Source of the DNA: an uncultured Candidatus Saccharibacteria bacterium
GTDB taxonomy: Bacteria > Patescibacteriota > Minisyncoccia > Phycocordibacterales > UBA9973
Direction of reading: 5' to 3'
Assembly: GCA_964553015.1 (NCBI GenBank)
Contig: CAZKJE010000001.1
Span: 6,110 to 70,109 of the forward strand
Length of the DNA stretch: 64,000 bases
Every line of letters starts with the position of its first letter. The stretch's first letter is position 1. Both the position numbers and the translations under genes were made by a program. Positions 19,558-28,067 of the stretch are shown piece by piece. The notes under the pieces are model-generated. The model saw nothing but the letters and a program-made list of their open reading frames with translations, had not been told where the DNA came from and searched no databases.

Positions 19558-19791
19558 ATGGCAAAAACAGTAATAGAGGTGAAGAAAAATCCAAACGAAA
19601 ACAACGCGAGCGTATTGCGCCGATTTTCACGCCGAATTCAGGAATCCGGCATAATCCGAAAAGTGAAAGGCGCCCGCTACAATGAAAGGAGTGAATCCAA
19701 ACTAAAAGTCAAAAAAAGCGCGCTCAAAAGGATGACTCGCCGAAAAGAAATTGAGAAACTCAAGAAACTCGGCAAGATGGTGACAAAATAG
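19558..19791 (+). CDS. rpsU: 30S ribosomal protein S21
   Basis: MAKTVIEVKKNPNENNASVLRRFSRRIQESGIIRKVKGARYNERSESKLKVKKSALKR follows the bS21 pattern (LRRF..R, YE.PS..RK). The ORF runs from 19516 but the internal Met is the likely start. Confidence 0.55.
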   Translation: MAKTVIEVKKNPNENNASVLRRFSRRIQESGIIRKVKGARYNERSESKLKVKKSALKRMTRRKEIEKLKKLGKMVTK

Positions 19792-19792
19792 A

Positions 19793-20206
19793 ATGGAGAG
19801 AAAATTTTCCCAAATAAAAAATGATATTTTGGGTAAAGACTATTCCCTATCTATCGCCTATGTTAGCGAGAAAAAATCTAGAGTTTTAAATAAGAAATGG
19901 AGAGGCAAGGATAAGGCGACAAACGTCTTATCTTTTTCGCTCTCCAAGACTTCCGGCGAGCTTGTGCTATGCAAAGCTGTCATAAAAAAAGAAGCACAAG
20001 AAAAAAAATTTGATAAAAATTTCTCGGACCTTCTGGGATTTCTAGTTATCCACGGCATGCTTCATTTGAAAGGACTCGATCATAGTAGTACAATGGAGAG
20101 AGTAGAAGAAAAATATGATCAGAAATATTTCGGTGGGAATAGACGTAGGGTCGTCGGTGACGCGAGTCGTCGTCGGCGAGTTCTTAAAAGGAGAAAAAAA
20201 TCCTAA
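19793..20206 (+). CDS. ybeY: Endoribonuclease YbeY
   Basis: HGMLHLKGLDH zinc-binding H3xH5xH motif. The basic C-terminal tail overlaps the start of ftsA by 92 nt. Confidence 0.75.
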   Translation: MERKFSQIKNDILGKDYSLSIAYVSEKKSRVLNKKWRGKDKATNVLSFSLSKTSGELVLCKAVIKKEAQEKKFDKNFSDLLGFLVIHGMLHLKGLDHSSTMERVEEKYDQKYFGGNRRRVVGDASRRRRVLKRRKKS

Positions 20207-21281
20207 GATTGTCGGCGCGGGCGAAGCGCAGACTCTGGGCCTTCGTCATGGCTACGTCGTAAACTCGTCTCTCGCTTCGCAATCTATCAGAGAAGCAGTA
20301 GCTCTCGCAGAAAAAACTTCCGGCGTAAAAATACGCCGCGCTTTTGTGTCGCTATCCGGCACGACTCTTCGCGGAGAGATGAGTTCCGGCTCTGCAATTA
20401 TTTCCAAGGCCGACGGCGAAGTCACCACGCTCGACATAAACAAAGCGATAGCAGACTGCGAAGACAACCTTTCTATCGGCAACAAAAAGATCATTCACAC
20501 ATACCCTGTTTCTTTCCGACTGGACGGCAAAGAAGTGCAGGGCAGGCTCGAAGGCATGCGAGGCACCAAACTTGAAGCCAAGGCCCTTTTTGTCACGTAT
20601 TCTATAGTCCATTTGGAAGATCTGCTCGGAGCCATAGCTCTTGCCGGCGTGGAAACCATAGACGTCGTCGCCTCTCCTGTCGCCCTTGAAAGTGTGGTCC
20701 TGACGGAGAAGCAAAAGATCGTAGGCGTCGCTCTCGTAGACATCGGCGCGGAAACCACAACGCTGTCAGTTTTTGAAAATGGAGCAATGGTTGCTACACA
20801 TACTTTTTCCATCGGCTCCACGGATATCACAAACGACATCGCTCTCGGATTTAAAATTAATCTTGAGGAAGCAGAAAACTTTAAGTTTGGAAATTTAAGC
20901 GAGGGCTATTCCAAGAAAAAACTCGATGAGATCATAGAAGCGCGATTGTGCGATATTTTTGAATCAATCGAAAATCACTTGAAAAAAATAAAAAGATCCG
21001 AGCTCCTGCCGGCCGGCATTGTCTTTGTCGGCGGAGGAGCTGGCACTCCAAACCTGATAGAGCTGTCAAAAGATATTTTGAAGCTTCCTGCGCTCCTCGG
21101 AGGAACGGAAATGTTTGGAAATACAAAGACAAAGCTTCGGGATTCCGTATGGTTTACAGCCATAGGGCTTTTGTCTGCCGGTTCTTCGAGCGGAGGCGGA
21201 TATTCAGACGGATCTTTCAAAGGTTTAATGCGCGACATCAAAAATACCTTTAAATCAAGCCTCAAACAGCTGATGCCATAA
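20115..21281 (+). CDS. ftsA: Cell division protein FtsA
   Basis: Actin-like ATPase with N-terminus ISVGIDVGSSVTRVVVGE. 388 aa, directly upstream of ftsZ. Confidence 0.85.
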   Translation: MIRNISVGIDVGSSVTRVVVGEFLKGEKNPKIVGAGEAQTLGLRHGYVVNSSLASQSIREAVALAEKTSGVKIRRAFVSLSGTTLRGEMSSGSAIISKADGEVTTLDINKAIADCEDNLSIGNKKIIHTYPVSFRLDGKEVQGRLEGMRGTKLEAKALFVTYSIVHLEDLLGAIALAGVETIDVVASPVALESVVLTEKQKIVGVALVDIGAETTTLSVFENGAMVATHTFSIGSTDITNDIALGFKINLEEAENFKFGNLSEGYSKKKLDEIIEARLCDIFESIENHLKKIKRSELLPAGIVFVGGGAGTPNLIELSKDILKLPALLGGTEMFGNTKTKLRDSVWFTAIGLLSAGSSSGGGYSDGSFKGLMRDIKNTFKSSLKQLMP

Positions 21282-21313
21282 AAGAAGTTGCTTTTTTCCC
21301 TTCTAGTGATAGT

Positions 21314-22513
21314 ATGTTTGATATGCCAAAAGTAAATCAAGAGATAGAGAGTTTCGCCCGAATTATGGTCATCGGTATCGGAGGTTCCGGCAAGAATGCA
21401 GTGAACCATATGATCAACTCAAAAGTTAAAGGGGTCACCTTTATCTGCATGAATACTGACACTCAAGACCTGCATCACTCCATGGCAGAAAAGAAAATTC
21501 ATATCGGAAAAAATTTGACGAAAGGCCTCGGCGCCGGCATGGATCCGGAGATCGGAAAAAAAGCTGCCGAAGAAACAAAATCTGAAATTCAGGACGTCGT
21601 AAAAGGCGCGGACATGATCTTCCTTGCCTGCGGAGAAGGCGGCGGCACCGGCACCGGCGCGGCTCCGATAGTCGCTCGCGCCGCCCGAGAGCAAGGAATA
21701 CTCACTGTAGCAGTTACTACCAAGCCTTTCTTTTTTGAAGGAAGTCATCGAATGAAAATCGCAGAAAAAGGCATTGAAGATCTTGCAAAAGAAGTGGATG
21801 CGATCATCATAATTCCAAACGACAAATTGCTCCAATTGGCTGAAAAAGATACTAATTTCAAGGACGCTTTCGTCCGCGCCGACGACGTTTTGAGGCAGGC
21901 CGTAGAAGGCATTTCCGACCTTATCACCACTCCGGGAGTTATAAACGTGGACTTTGCAGATATCAAGGCCGTGATGGCCAATGCCGGCTCTGCCCTTATG
22001 GGTATTGGTAGCGCCAGTGGTGAAAAACGAGCAGAAAAAGCAGCTCTCGGAGCGATCAATTCCCCTCTGCTTGAAATTTCAATACACGGCGCCAAAGGCG
22101 TGCTCTTTGCGATTTCCGGCGGCGATGATCTGACAATAAATGAAATTCAGGAAGCTGCGAAAATAATTACCGAGTCCATAGACAAAGATGCGAAAGTTAT
22201 ATTCGGAACAATTCACGATGAAAAATTAAAGAAGGGAGAAATAAAAGTTACAGTCATTGCAACAAGCTTCCCTGCCGACATGCCTCGAAAGAGCTTGTTT
22301 ACCGGCGCAGCTGGGGCACTAGTAAAAGACGAAAAGCCTGAAGTTCTAAAAAAAGAAATACACAACAGCTTGCAGAATGGCAACCTAAACAGCAATAATG
22401 ATTTCATCAAAAAGCCGGACATCAGAAAAGAAGCAAAAGAAGAAATGGTTATAGAAGACGACGGCGACGACTGGAGCGCTGTCCCGGCATTTTTGAGGAG
22501 AAATAAGAAATAA
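21314..22513 (+). CDS. ftsZ: Cell division protein FtsZ
   Basis: Tubulin signature GGGTGTGAAPIVA, the T7 loop, and a disordered C-terminal tail. Confidence 0.9.
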   Translation: MFDMPKVNQEIESFARIMVIGIGGSGKNAVNHMINSKVKGVTFICMNTDTQDLHHSMAEKKIHIGKNLTKGLGAGMDPEIGKKAAEETKSEIQDVVKGADMIFLACGEGGGTGTGAAPIVARAAREQGILTVAVTTKPFFFEGSHRMKIAEKGIEDLAKEVDAIIIIPNDKLLQLAEKDTNFKDAFVRADDVLRQAVEGISDLITTPGVINVDFADIKAVMANAGSALMGIGSASGEKRAEKAALGAINSPLLEISIHGAKGVLFAISGGDDLTINEIQEAAKIITESIDKDAKVIFGTIHDEKLKKGEIKVTVIATSFPADMPRKSLFTGAAGALVKDEKPEVLKKEIHNSLQNGNLNSNNDFIKKPDIRKEAKEEMVIEDDGDDWSAVPAFLRRNKK

Positions 22514-22611
22514 AAGACCTCGCGAATCTTCGTGAGGTCTCGACGAACCTCTCGGTTCGCACTTGTTCAATGGACAAGATTTTGATGCTAAAAATAAGAA
22601 TCACCTACGCA

Positions 22612-22644
22612 GAGCCTCCACCCGAAAAAAATGGGCGGAGGCTC
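22612..22644 (-). terminator. Hairpin terminator candidate downstream of the GC-rich orphan gene
   Basis: gagcctccaccc-gaaaaaaa-tgggcggaggctc, a stem of about 12 bp. The U-rich tract that follows on the minus strand is weak. Confidence 0.3.
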
Positions 22645-22659
22645 AAGAATTCAAGAGGA

Positions 22660-23316
22660 TCAGGCCTTCAAGGATTCCAGGTTCAGAATCCGTGAGGCAC
22701 CGACGCCGACATAACTGGTGCGGTAGTCGCTCCAATTGTAGACGCTGAGGCCGTGCTCAGAGAAGCCACCGACACACGAAACGTCACCAGCGCCGGCCGT
22801 AGCAGTCTTCACCGTCCTTTCCGAGCACGCCGCCCAAAAATTCTGGTTGGACCGTTTGCCGGTCTTTCGAAAAACGAGGATGTTTTTCGTTACCTCGGCT
22901 ATGGTCGTCGGCACTTCGTAGCCTTCTGGGAGCAACATCACCTGCTCTTCGAGCGTCTTGTACCTAGAGTCGGGAACGATGTCCCGGAGCATGATGTACA
23001 ACCGCGGTTCTAGTACTGCGATGTCCGTGTGGGGCTGTCCCGCGTGCCACGGATTCGTGTTGAAGTAGAACTTCGGCTGACCCGAGAACGGATGCAACTC
23101 GAGCCACTTCGCGACCGTGAGCGGATCGCCGTTGATGTCCGGCACGCCCATGAAAGCAAAGTGAGTATCTGCGACAAGCTTGCCCTTGTGGAAAGGGCAG
23201 GTGCTCATCAGAATTTCTTCGACCTGCGGGTCTAACTTCTCGGTCGGGCCGTAGTAGCTAGCCCAGTATCCCAACCCCCATACCCGAACGATGCCCTGCT
23301 GTATTGTCGTTGTCAT
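22660..23316 (-). CDS. Hypothetical protein, GC-rich orphan (likely horizontally acquired)
   Basis: 218 aa with no recognisable motif. About 55% GC in a roughly 40% GC context. Flanked by long hairpins. Confidence 0.4.
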   Translation of the reverse strand: MTTTIQQGIVRVWGLGYWASYYGPTEKLDPQVEEILMSTCPFHKGKLVADTHFAFMGVPDINGDPLTVAKWLELHPFSGQPKFYFNTNPWHAGQPHTDIAVLEPRLYIMLRDIVPDSRYKTLEEQVMLLPEGYEVPTTIAEVTKNILVFRKTGKRSNQNFWAACSERTVKTATAGAGDVSCVGGFSEHGLSVYNWSDYRTSYVGVGASRILNLESLKA

Positions 23317-23467
23317 AACTTTTCCTTTTTCTTTCCCCGGATTCGCCCCGAGTACTATTTTGCGGCACCGTCCTTGTGAGACGAGCTTTATAAGTCCTAA
23401 GATTTAAGGCTCAAAAAGCTCGTCTCGTATAAGTGATTCTTGTAAAAGAACTTTTTTAAATTACATA

Positions 23468-23483
23468 TTTGTGATATCACAAA
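23468..23483. promoter_or_regulatory. Perfect 16-bp palindrome TTTGTGATATCACAAA upstream of trxB
   Basis: Exact palindrome with TGTGA/TCACA half-sites, about 50 bp upstream of the trxB ATG. -10 TATATAAT at 23521-23528. Confidence 0.35.
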
Positions 23484-23534
23484 AAAACTTTTCTGTCAAT
23501 AATAAAAATTAGTACATTAGTATATAATGAGTTT

Positions 23535-24458
23535 ATGACTTATGACCTAATAATCATCGGGGGTGGGCCTGCCGGCTCGGCGGCGGCTGTATATGCTGCG
23601 CGCAAAAGACTAAAGACCCTTTTTATAACTGCCGAATGGGGCGGGCAGTCTGTCGTTTCTGAACAAATATACAACTGGATTGGCACACTTTCCTTGTCTG
23701 GTAATGAGCTTGCCGAAAATTTTAAAAAGCACGTAATGGCCAACATCGGCGAAAGCTTGGAGGTAAAAGAAGGAGAAAAAGTAGCAACCATAGAAAAAGA
23801 GAGTGAAATTTTTAAAGTAAAAACAGAATCCGGCAAAGAGTTTGAATCCAGAACAATTTTAATCGCCTCGGGTAGCAGTAGAAGAAAAATCACCGCCAAG
23901 AACGCAGATGTGTTTGAAAACAAAGGCCTCACTTATTGCGCCTCCTGCGATGGTCCCCTTTTTGCAGATATGGATGTCGCCGTCATCGGCGGAGGCAATG
24001 CCGGTTTTGAGACAGCCGCCCAGCTGCTTGCCTATTGCAAATCGGTAACTCTTTTAAACAGAAGCGGCACTTTTCGCGCGGATGAAATAACCGTGGAAAA
24101 AGTTCTGGCTAATCCGAAAATGAAAGCGAAAAAAAATGCGGAGATTTTAGAAGTTACCGGAGATAAATTTGTAAATGGGATAATTTATAAAGACGATGCA
24201 GGTAAGGAAATAAAACTTGATGTAGCCGGAATTTTCGTGGAAATCGGGCAGATTCCTAATACTGGTTTTGTGAAAAACCTCCTGCCGCTTGATGAAATAG
24301 GCAGAGTAAAAATTAATTTTGCAGATCAGAAAACCGAAGTAGCCGGAGTCTGGGCTGCCGGAGACTGTACAAACGTCCTCTACCACCAAAACAACATCGC
24401 CGCCGGCGATGCCGTCCGAGCTCTTGAAGATATTTATTTGGCTATACACGCCCGCTAG
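23535..24458 (+). CDS. trxB: Thioredoxin-disulfide reductase
   Basis: FAD motif IIGGGPAGSAAAVYAA, redox CxxC (CASCDG) and NADPH motif VIGGGNAG. 307 aa. Confidence 0.8.
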   Translation: MTYDLIIIGGGPAGSAAAVYAARKRLKTLFITAEWGGQSVVSEQIYNWIGTLSLSGNELAENFKKHVMANIGESLEVKEGEKVATIEKESEIFKVKTESGKEFESRTILIASGSSRRKITAKNADVFENKGLTYCASCDGPLFADMDVAVIGGGNAGFETAAQLLAYCKSVTLLNRSGTFRADEITVEKVLANPKMKAKKNAEILEVTGDKFVNGIIYKDDAGKEIKLDVAGIFVEIGQIPNTGFVKNLLPLDEIGRVKINFADQKTEVAGVWAAGDCTNVLYHQNNIAAGDAVRALEDIYLAIHAR

Positions 24459-24476
24459 TACAAAAACAGTCCTATG

Positions 24477-24563
24477 CGGAGGCGGTGAGATTTGAACTCA
24501 CGATCAGGTTTCCCCGATGCCGGTTTTCGAAACCGGTGCCTTCAACCACTCAGCCACGCCTCC
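24477..24563 (-). tRNA. tRNA-Ser (anticodon CGA)
   Basis: Hand-folded 87-nt class II tRNA. Acceptor GGAGGCG/CGCCTCC, anticodon stem CCGGT/ACCGG with loop TTCGAAA, long variable arm, T-arm GTGAG-TTCAAAT-CTCAC, discriminator G. Confidence 0.8.
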
Positions 24564-24597
24564 TACTCTGTTGACACGCCTCTGTATATTTGTCAAG

Positions 24598-24672
24598 TGG
24601 TGACCCTACCGGGAATCGAACCCGGATTACCGGCTTGAAAAGCCGATGTCCTAACCGTTAGACGATAGGGCC
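24598..24672 (-). tRNA. tRNA-Glu (anticodon UUC), CCA encoded
   Basis: Acceptor GGCCCTA/TAGGGTC, D-arm identical in style to the tRNA-Glu(CUC), anticodon loop TTTTCAA, T-arm CCGGG-TTCGATT-CCCGG, 3' ACCA. Confidence 0.8.
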
Positions 24673-24786
24673 ATATAAAACTCAAGCCAAAATAATATAA
24701 CATTTTTCTGCTTAATTGCAAAACAAAAACCTCGCAAACGTTTGACTTGCTATAATTTTCATTAGTTATGAGGTATAATTAATCTC

Positions 24787-26061
24787 ATGAACAAAAAAAT
24801 AATTATAGCATTGGTCATCGCGTTTGTCTTGGGTGGCATAGTCTATTTATTGTTAAATTATTATGGAAGCAGTTTTTTTAGTTCGGGGTTTGTAAAAGAA
24901 GAAAATGTTGCCAAAGTTTCCGGAGGAGGAGCATCTGCTCCGCTCGTCGCTCCGACGTCACTTTCCGCGACGGCAATCTCCGCAAAAGAAATTCGTCTTA
25001 ATTGGCAGGACACCAACACAAATGAGACGGGATATGATATAGAGCGAAGCATTATCAATTCTTCCGGAGTCAAAGAAACTTCCCCCGTCATATCGGTTGG
25101 GAAAAATATAGTTTATTATCTTGATGCGGGATTGTCCCCTCTTACTACTTATTATTACCAAGTAAGAGCAAGGGGAAGTAAAGGAAAAAGCTCGCCTTAC
25201 TCCACTGCCGCATCAGCTACTACGGAAGTTGCTTGCGCAAATTCATCTTATCCCCTTCTGCCTCGCAACCTATGGACATGGCAGAGCGCTGTCGCGACAG
25301 ACACCACGGCGCGCGCAAATTTCTTTACCTTTGCCGACGCTCATGCTGTCCGTACTATTTATCTTGAAAGCCAAGGACTTATAGCAAACAACCAGGCTTC
25401 ACTTGACAGTTTTATTAAAGAAGCCAAAAATCAGCATTGCATGGATGTAGAACTTCTCTTCGGAAATGCAAATTGGACCCTTACCCAAAACCACGCTACT
25501 GCAGTTGACCTCGCCCAAAAGTCAGTGCAATTTTTTGCGGGAGCAACCGGCGCTAAGCCAATCGGCGTACATTTTGACGTTGAGCCATACGCGCTAGCAG
25601 AATGGAGTACGGATCAAAACGGCGTGGCAAACCAATACCTTGACCTGCTTGAAAAGATCTCTGCGGTCACGACAGGAACCGGTCTTAAATTTACGGTAGA
25701 TATGCCTTTCTGGTTTGATGGAAGGACGGTGGTACGGGCTGACGTATCGCGCGTTTTGAGCGAGGCGATTATTGACAGAACAGACGGAGTCGTGATCATG
25801 GATTACCGCGATACTGGCAACTCTATTATTAGTCTGGGAGAAACTGAAATAATTTATGCGCAAAGCGTCGGCAAGGAATTGACTATAGGCGTGGAGACCA
25901 GATGCAGCACTTCCGAGCCGGAATATATCTCGTTCTGCGAAGAGGGTGCAAACTATATGGAAATTGAACTAATGACAGCTTGGAATTATTTTAAAAATTA
26001 TTCCAAGTTTAAAGGATTCGCCGTACACGACTACAAGCACTATGGTCTTTTAAATCAGTAA
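24787..26061 (+). CDS. Membrane-anchored protein with a fibronectin type III domain and a C-terminal putative glycoside-hydrolase-like (TIM-barrel-like) domain
   Basis: N-terminal TM (IIIALVIAFVLGGIVYLLL). FN3-like segment (IRLNWQDTNTNETGYDIERS...YYYQVRA). A roughly 250-aa C-terminal domain of unknown family. Confidence 0.45.
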   Translation: MNKKIIIALVIAFVLGGIVYLLLNYYGSSFFSSGFVKEENVAKVSGGGASAPLVAPTSLSATAISAKEIRLNWQDTNTNETGYDIERSIINSSGVKETSPVISVGKNIVYYLDAGLSPLTTYYYQVRARGSKGKSSPYSTAASATTEVACANSSYPLLPRNLWTWQSAVATDTTARANFFTFADAHAVRTIYLESQGLIANNQASLDSFIKEAKNQHCMDVELLFGNANWTLTQNHATAVDLAQKSVQFFAGATGAKPIGVHFDVEPYALAEWSTDQNGVANQYLDLLEKISAVTTGTGLKFTVDMPFWFDGRTVVRADVSRVLSEAIIDRTDGVVIMDYRDTGNSIISLGETEIIYAQSVGKELTIGVETRCSTSEPEYISFCEEGANYMEIELMTAWNYFKNYSKFKGFAVHDYKHYGLLNQ

Positions 26062-26145
26062 AGGTTATAAATTGAATTTCCTCGCGAAAATTATTTGACA
26101 GATTCAAAAATACGAGTAGTATCAAAAACAGAAAGGAAGGTCATC

Positions 26146-26766
26146 ATGAAGAAAATCGCCCTCTTCTGCTATTTGTTCTTTCTATTAAAACCAAACTCAG
26201 TTTTCGCGTATGCGCCAAGCAATGTGGTCATGTTACTTACCGAATTTTGGGCAGAAATGGGACCTGAAAAACCAGAGAACGCGTGGTACCCGGAGTACGC
26301 TAAGCAGAACATTTCCTGGGCACTGGAAATGTTCGAGAAAAAAGAATTGAAGCTGCAGTTCATTTATTTTGAAGATGCCCCATCCTTCTTGATGTGTTCC
26401 TATCACTCCGATAACAAGCATGTGATTGGAATATCCCCAGAGGCTTTCTCAATACTTATTTGGATGGCTCGTTTGTCCGGCCAAGATGTAAAAGAGTCCA
26501 TGAGAAATATATTTCTGATTGGGATAGTCCACGAGGCGGAACATCTTCGCTTCTGGCAAGATCCCCACTCCTGTGAAGACTTTGTCTTGGAAGAGACCAG
26601 AGTTTGGTATATGGTAAACGAATTCATGGTTTCTGGGATGATCGCTGATTGCAGACCGGTACTTCCGAGCTCTCTGGAACTTGACCGGATATTAAGTAAA
26701 CATGGTCCGAAAAGTCCGGAATTCCAAGATTTCGTTTCAGAAATTGTAAATTGTAGAGACGAATAA
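26146..26766 (+). CDS. Secreted HExxH-motif protein (putative zinc metallopeptidase-like)
   Basis: Signal peptide MKKIALFCYLFFLLKPNSVFA. GIVHEAEHLRFWQD contains HExxH. The ORF starts at 26095 but the signal-peptide Met at 26146 is the likely start. GC-rich. Confidence 0.45.
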   Translation: MKKIALFCYLFFLLKPNSVFAYAPSNVVMLLTEFWAEMGPEKPENAWYPEYAKQNISWALEMFEKKELKLQFIYFEDAPSFLMCSYHSDNKHVIGISPEAFSILIWMARLSGQDVKESMRNIFLIGIVHEAEHLRFWQDPHSCEDFVLEETRVWYMVNEFMVSGMIADCRPVLPSSLELDRILSKHGPKSPEFQDFVSEIVNCRDE

Positions 26767-26783
26767 AAGCAGAGTTATCCTAA

Positions 26784-26816
26784 AAAAGACCGCCCGAGGC
26801 ACGGTCTTTTATTTTA
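26784..26816. terminator. Bidirectional rho-independent terminator
   Basis: aaaagaccg-cccgaggca-cggtctttt followed by attttat. Sits between convergent genes. Confidence 0.6.
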
Positions 26817-26849
26817 TCATCTTTAGAAATTCCTTCTCGCTGATTATTT

Positions 26850-27083
26850 TTATTTCACACCTAGAGATTTCAGGTAATCTTCTGCAACTTTTCTTATTTC
26901 TGCTAAATGTTTTTCTTGTTTTTCTAATTCTTTTATTCTCTGTTCCAAATAAGTTCGTACAGCCTCATCTTCATCTTTTTTCTCTTGCTTTGCCTGGGCA
27001 CGCACTTTCTCTACGGCATTCCTAATCTCCACTACAGCGGGTGAGTCTTCCCTTTTCCCAAAATTTTTTTCTACATTATTCAT
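26850..27083 (-). CDS. Small coiled-coil hypothetical protein
   Basis: 77 aa, charged helical sequence. Confidence 0.3.
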   Translation of the reverse strand: MNNVEKNFGKREDSPAVVEIRNAVEKVRAQAKQEKKDEDEAVRTYLEQRIKELEKQEKHLAEIRKVAEDYLKSLGVK

Positions 27084-27256
27084 ATCTCTATATTATATCA
27101 CCTATTGATAAATTGCGCAAGCTGAATTTATGCCAAAATACTAGTTCTTAAACAAACAAGGCCTCAAATGCGAAGCAGATGAGGCTAATTAAAGGCGGTA
27201 CAGACACGCCATGTATTTTTTTATGAAAAAGAAAAAAGAACAAACTGCTAGTTCCT

Positions 27257-27294
27257 CCCCGCCGTGACCAGAGGACTTAATTGTCACGGCGGGG
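27257..27294. repeat. 12-bp perfect-stem hairpin CCCCGCCGTGAC...GTCACGGCGGGG (probable terminator of the 27313..27651 gene)
   Basis: Seen directly. The related CCCCGCC/GGCGGGG hairpins at 10230..10256 and 18926..18941 share the core. Confidence 0.45.
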
Positions 27295-27312
27295 ATGCGA
27301 TAGAAGAAACTG

Positions 27313-27651
27313 TCAGCAGTCAGATTCGGAAAGAACAAGAACGACATCCAGCATAGCTTGTCTTTCCATGACAGTGACAACCTCCTCCAGCTGCTCATAT
27401 CTGGGCTCCGCACACGCCCAGATCACCTGGCCCTTGTGGTTGAGGATGAACAAGTACGGGTAGCCGGCTATCTGCCTGTTGCCAAACTTGCCCCTGTTGC
27501 AGGCCTCTAGCCAAAGCTTTTCAGCCTCTGGAGACTCCGGAACCTCTTCTCGTACATCGTTTGGGTAATCCTGTAGGAAATCTATGACTCTCCGAGTGTG
27601 ATAACAGGTTTCGGAACCTTCCGGGTGCGGAATAAATACAATGTGCTTCAT
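27313..27651 (-). CDS. Hypothetical protein, GC-rich orphan (possible thioredoxin-like fold)
   Basis: 112 aa, about 52% GC. Thioredoxin-like C-terminal pattern YPYLFILNHKGQVIWA. No canonical CxxC. Confidence 0.3.
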   Translation of the reverse strand: MKHIVFIPHPEGSETCYHTRRVIDFLQDYPNDVREEVPESPEAEKLWLEACNRGKFGNRQIAGYPYLFILNHKGQVIWACAEPRYEQLEEVVTVMERQAMLDVVLVLSESDC

Positions 27652-27747
27652 GACCGCCTCCTCTCTGTTGAAACAATACCCTAGTATGAAAATATGTCAA
27701 CTTCACTAAATTTTTAGAAATTGTTCCTTGTGTTATAATTAAAAATC

Positions 27748-28059
27748 ATGAAATACTTAATAATTTTAGCTCTCATAGTTTCGGCGTGGAGTCCTTGGCT
27801 TAAAGCCGAAGAAGCTATGCAATTAGTAAATGCGAAAGTTATAAAACTGCAGGAACAAAAACCGAATTTGTGCGCTACGTTCATTCATGAGGATACAATA
27901 CGCAAGGTTCCTTTTGGGTACACGGAACAAGTTTCTTACGACTGCACGGTTACTGATGTCGTATATGGAGTAGAGCAATCCAGGAATATTGTGTTCGTGA
28001 CATTTTACAAAGGAGTCATCGGCATGCCAAGCAAAACTACAACACGAACACCTTATTAA
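27748..28059 (+). CDS. Small secreted hypothetical protein
   Basis: Signal peptide MKYLIILALIVSAWS. 103 aa. Confidence 0.35.
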   Translation: MKYLIILALIVSAWSPWLKAEEAMQLVNAKVIKLQEQKPNLCATFIHEDTIRKVPFGYTEQVSYDCTVTDVVYGVEQSRNIVFVTFYKGVIGMPSKTTTRTPY

Positions 28060-28067
28060 ATATCTCA

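Noticed and set aside
20252-20839. Multiple minus-strand ORFs of 60-120 aa inside ftsA
   Set aside because: They are artefacts of the locally GC-rich ftsA sequence. The ftsA reading frame has clear actin-like motifs.
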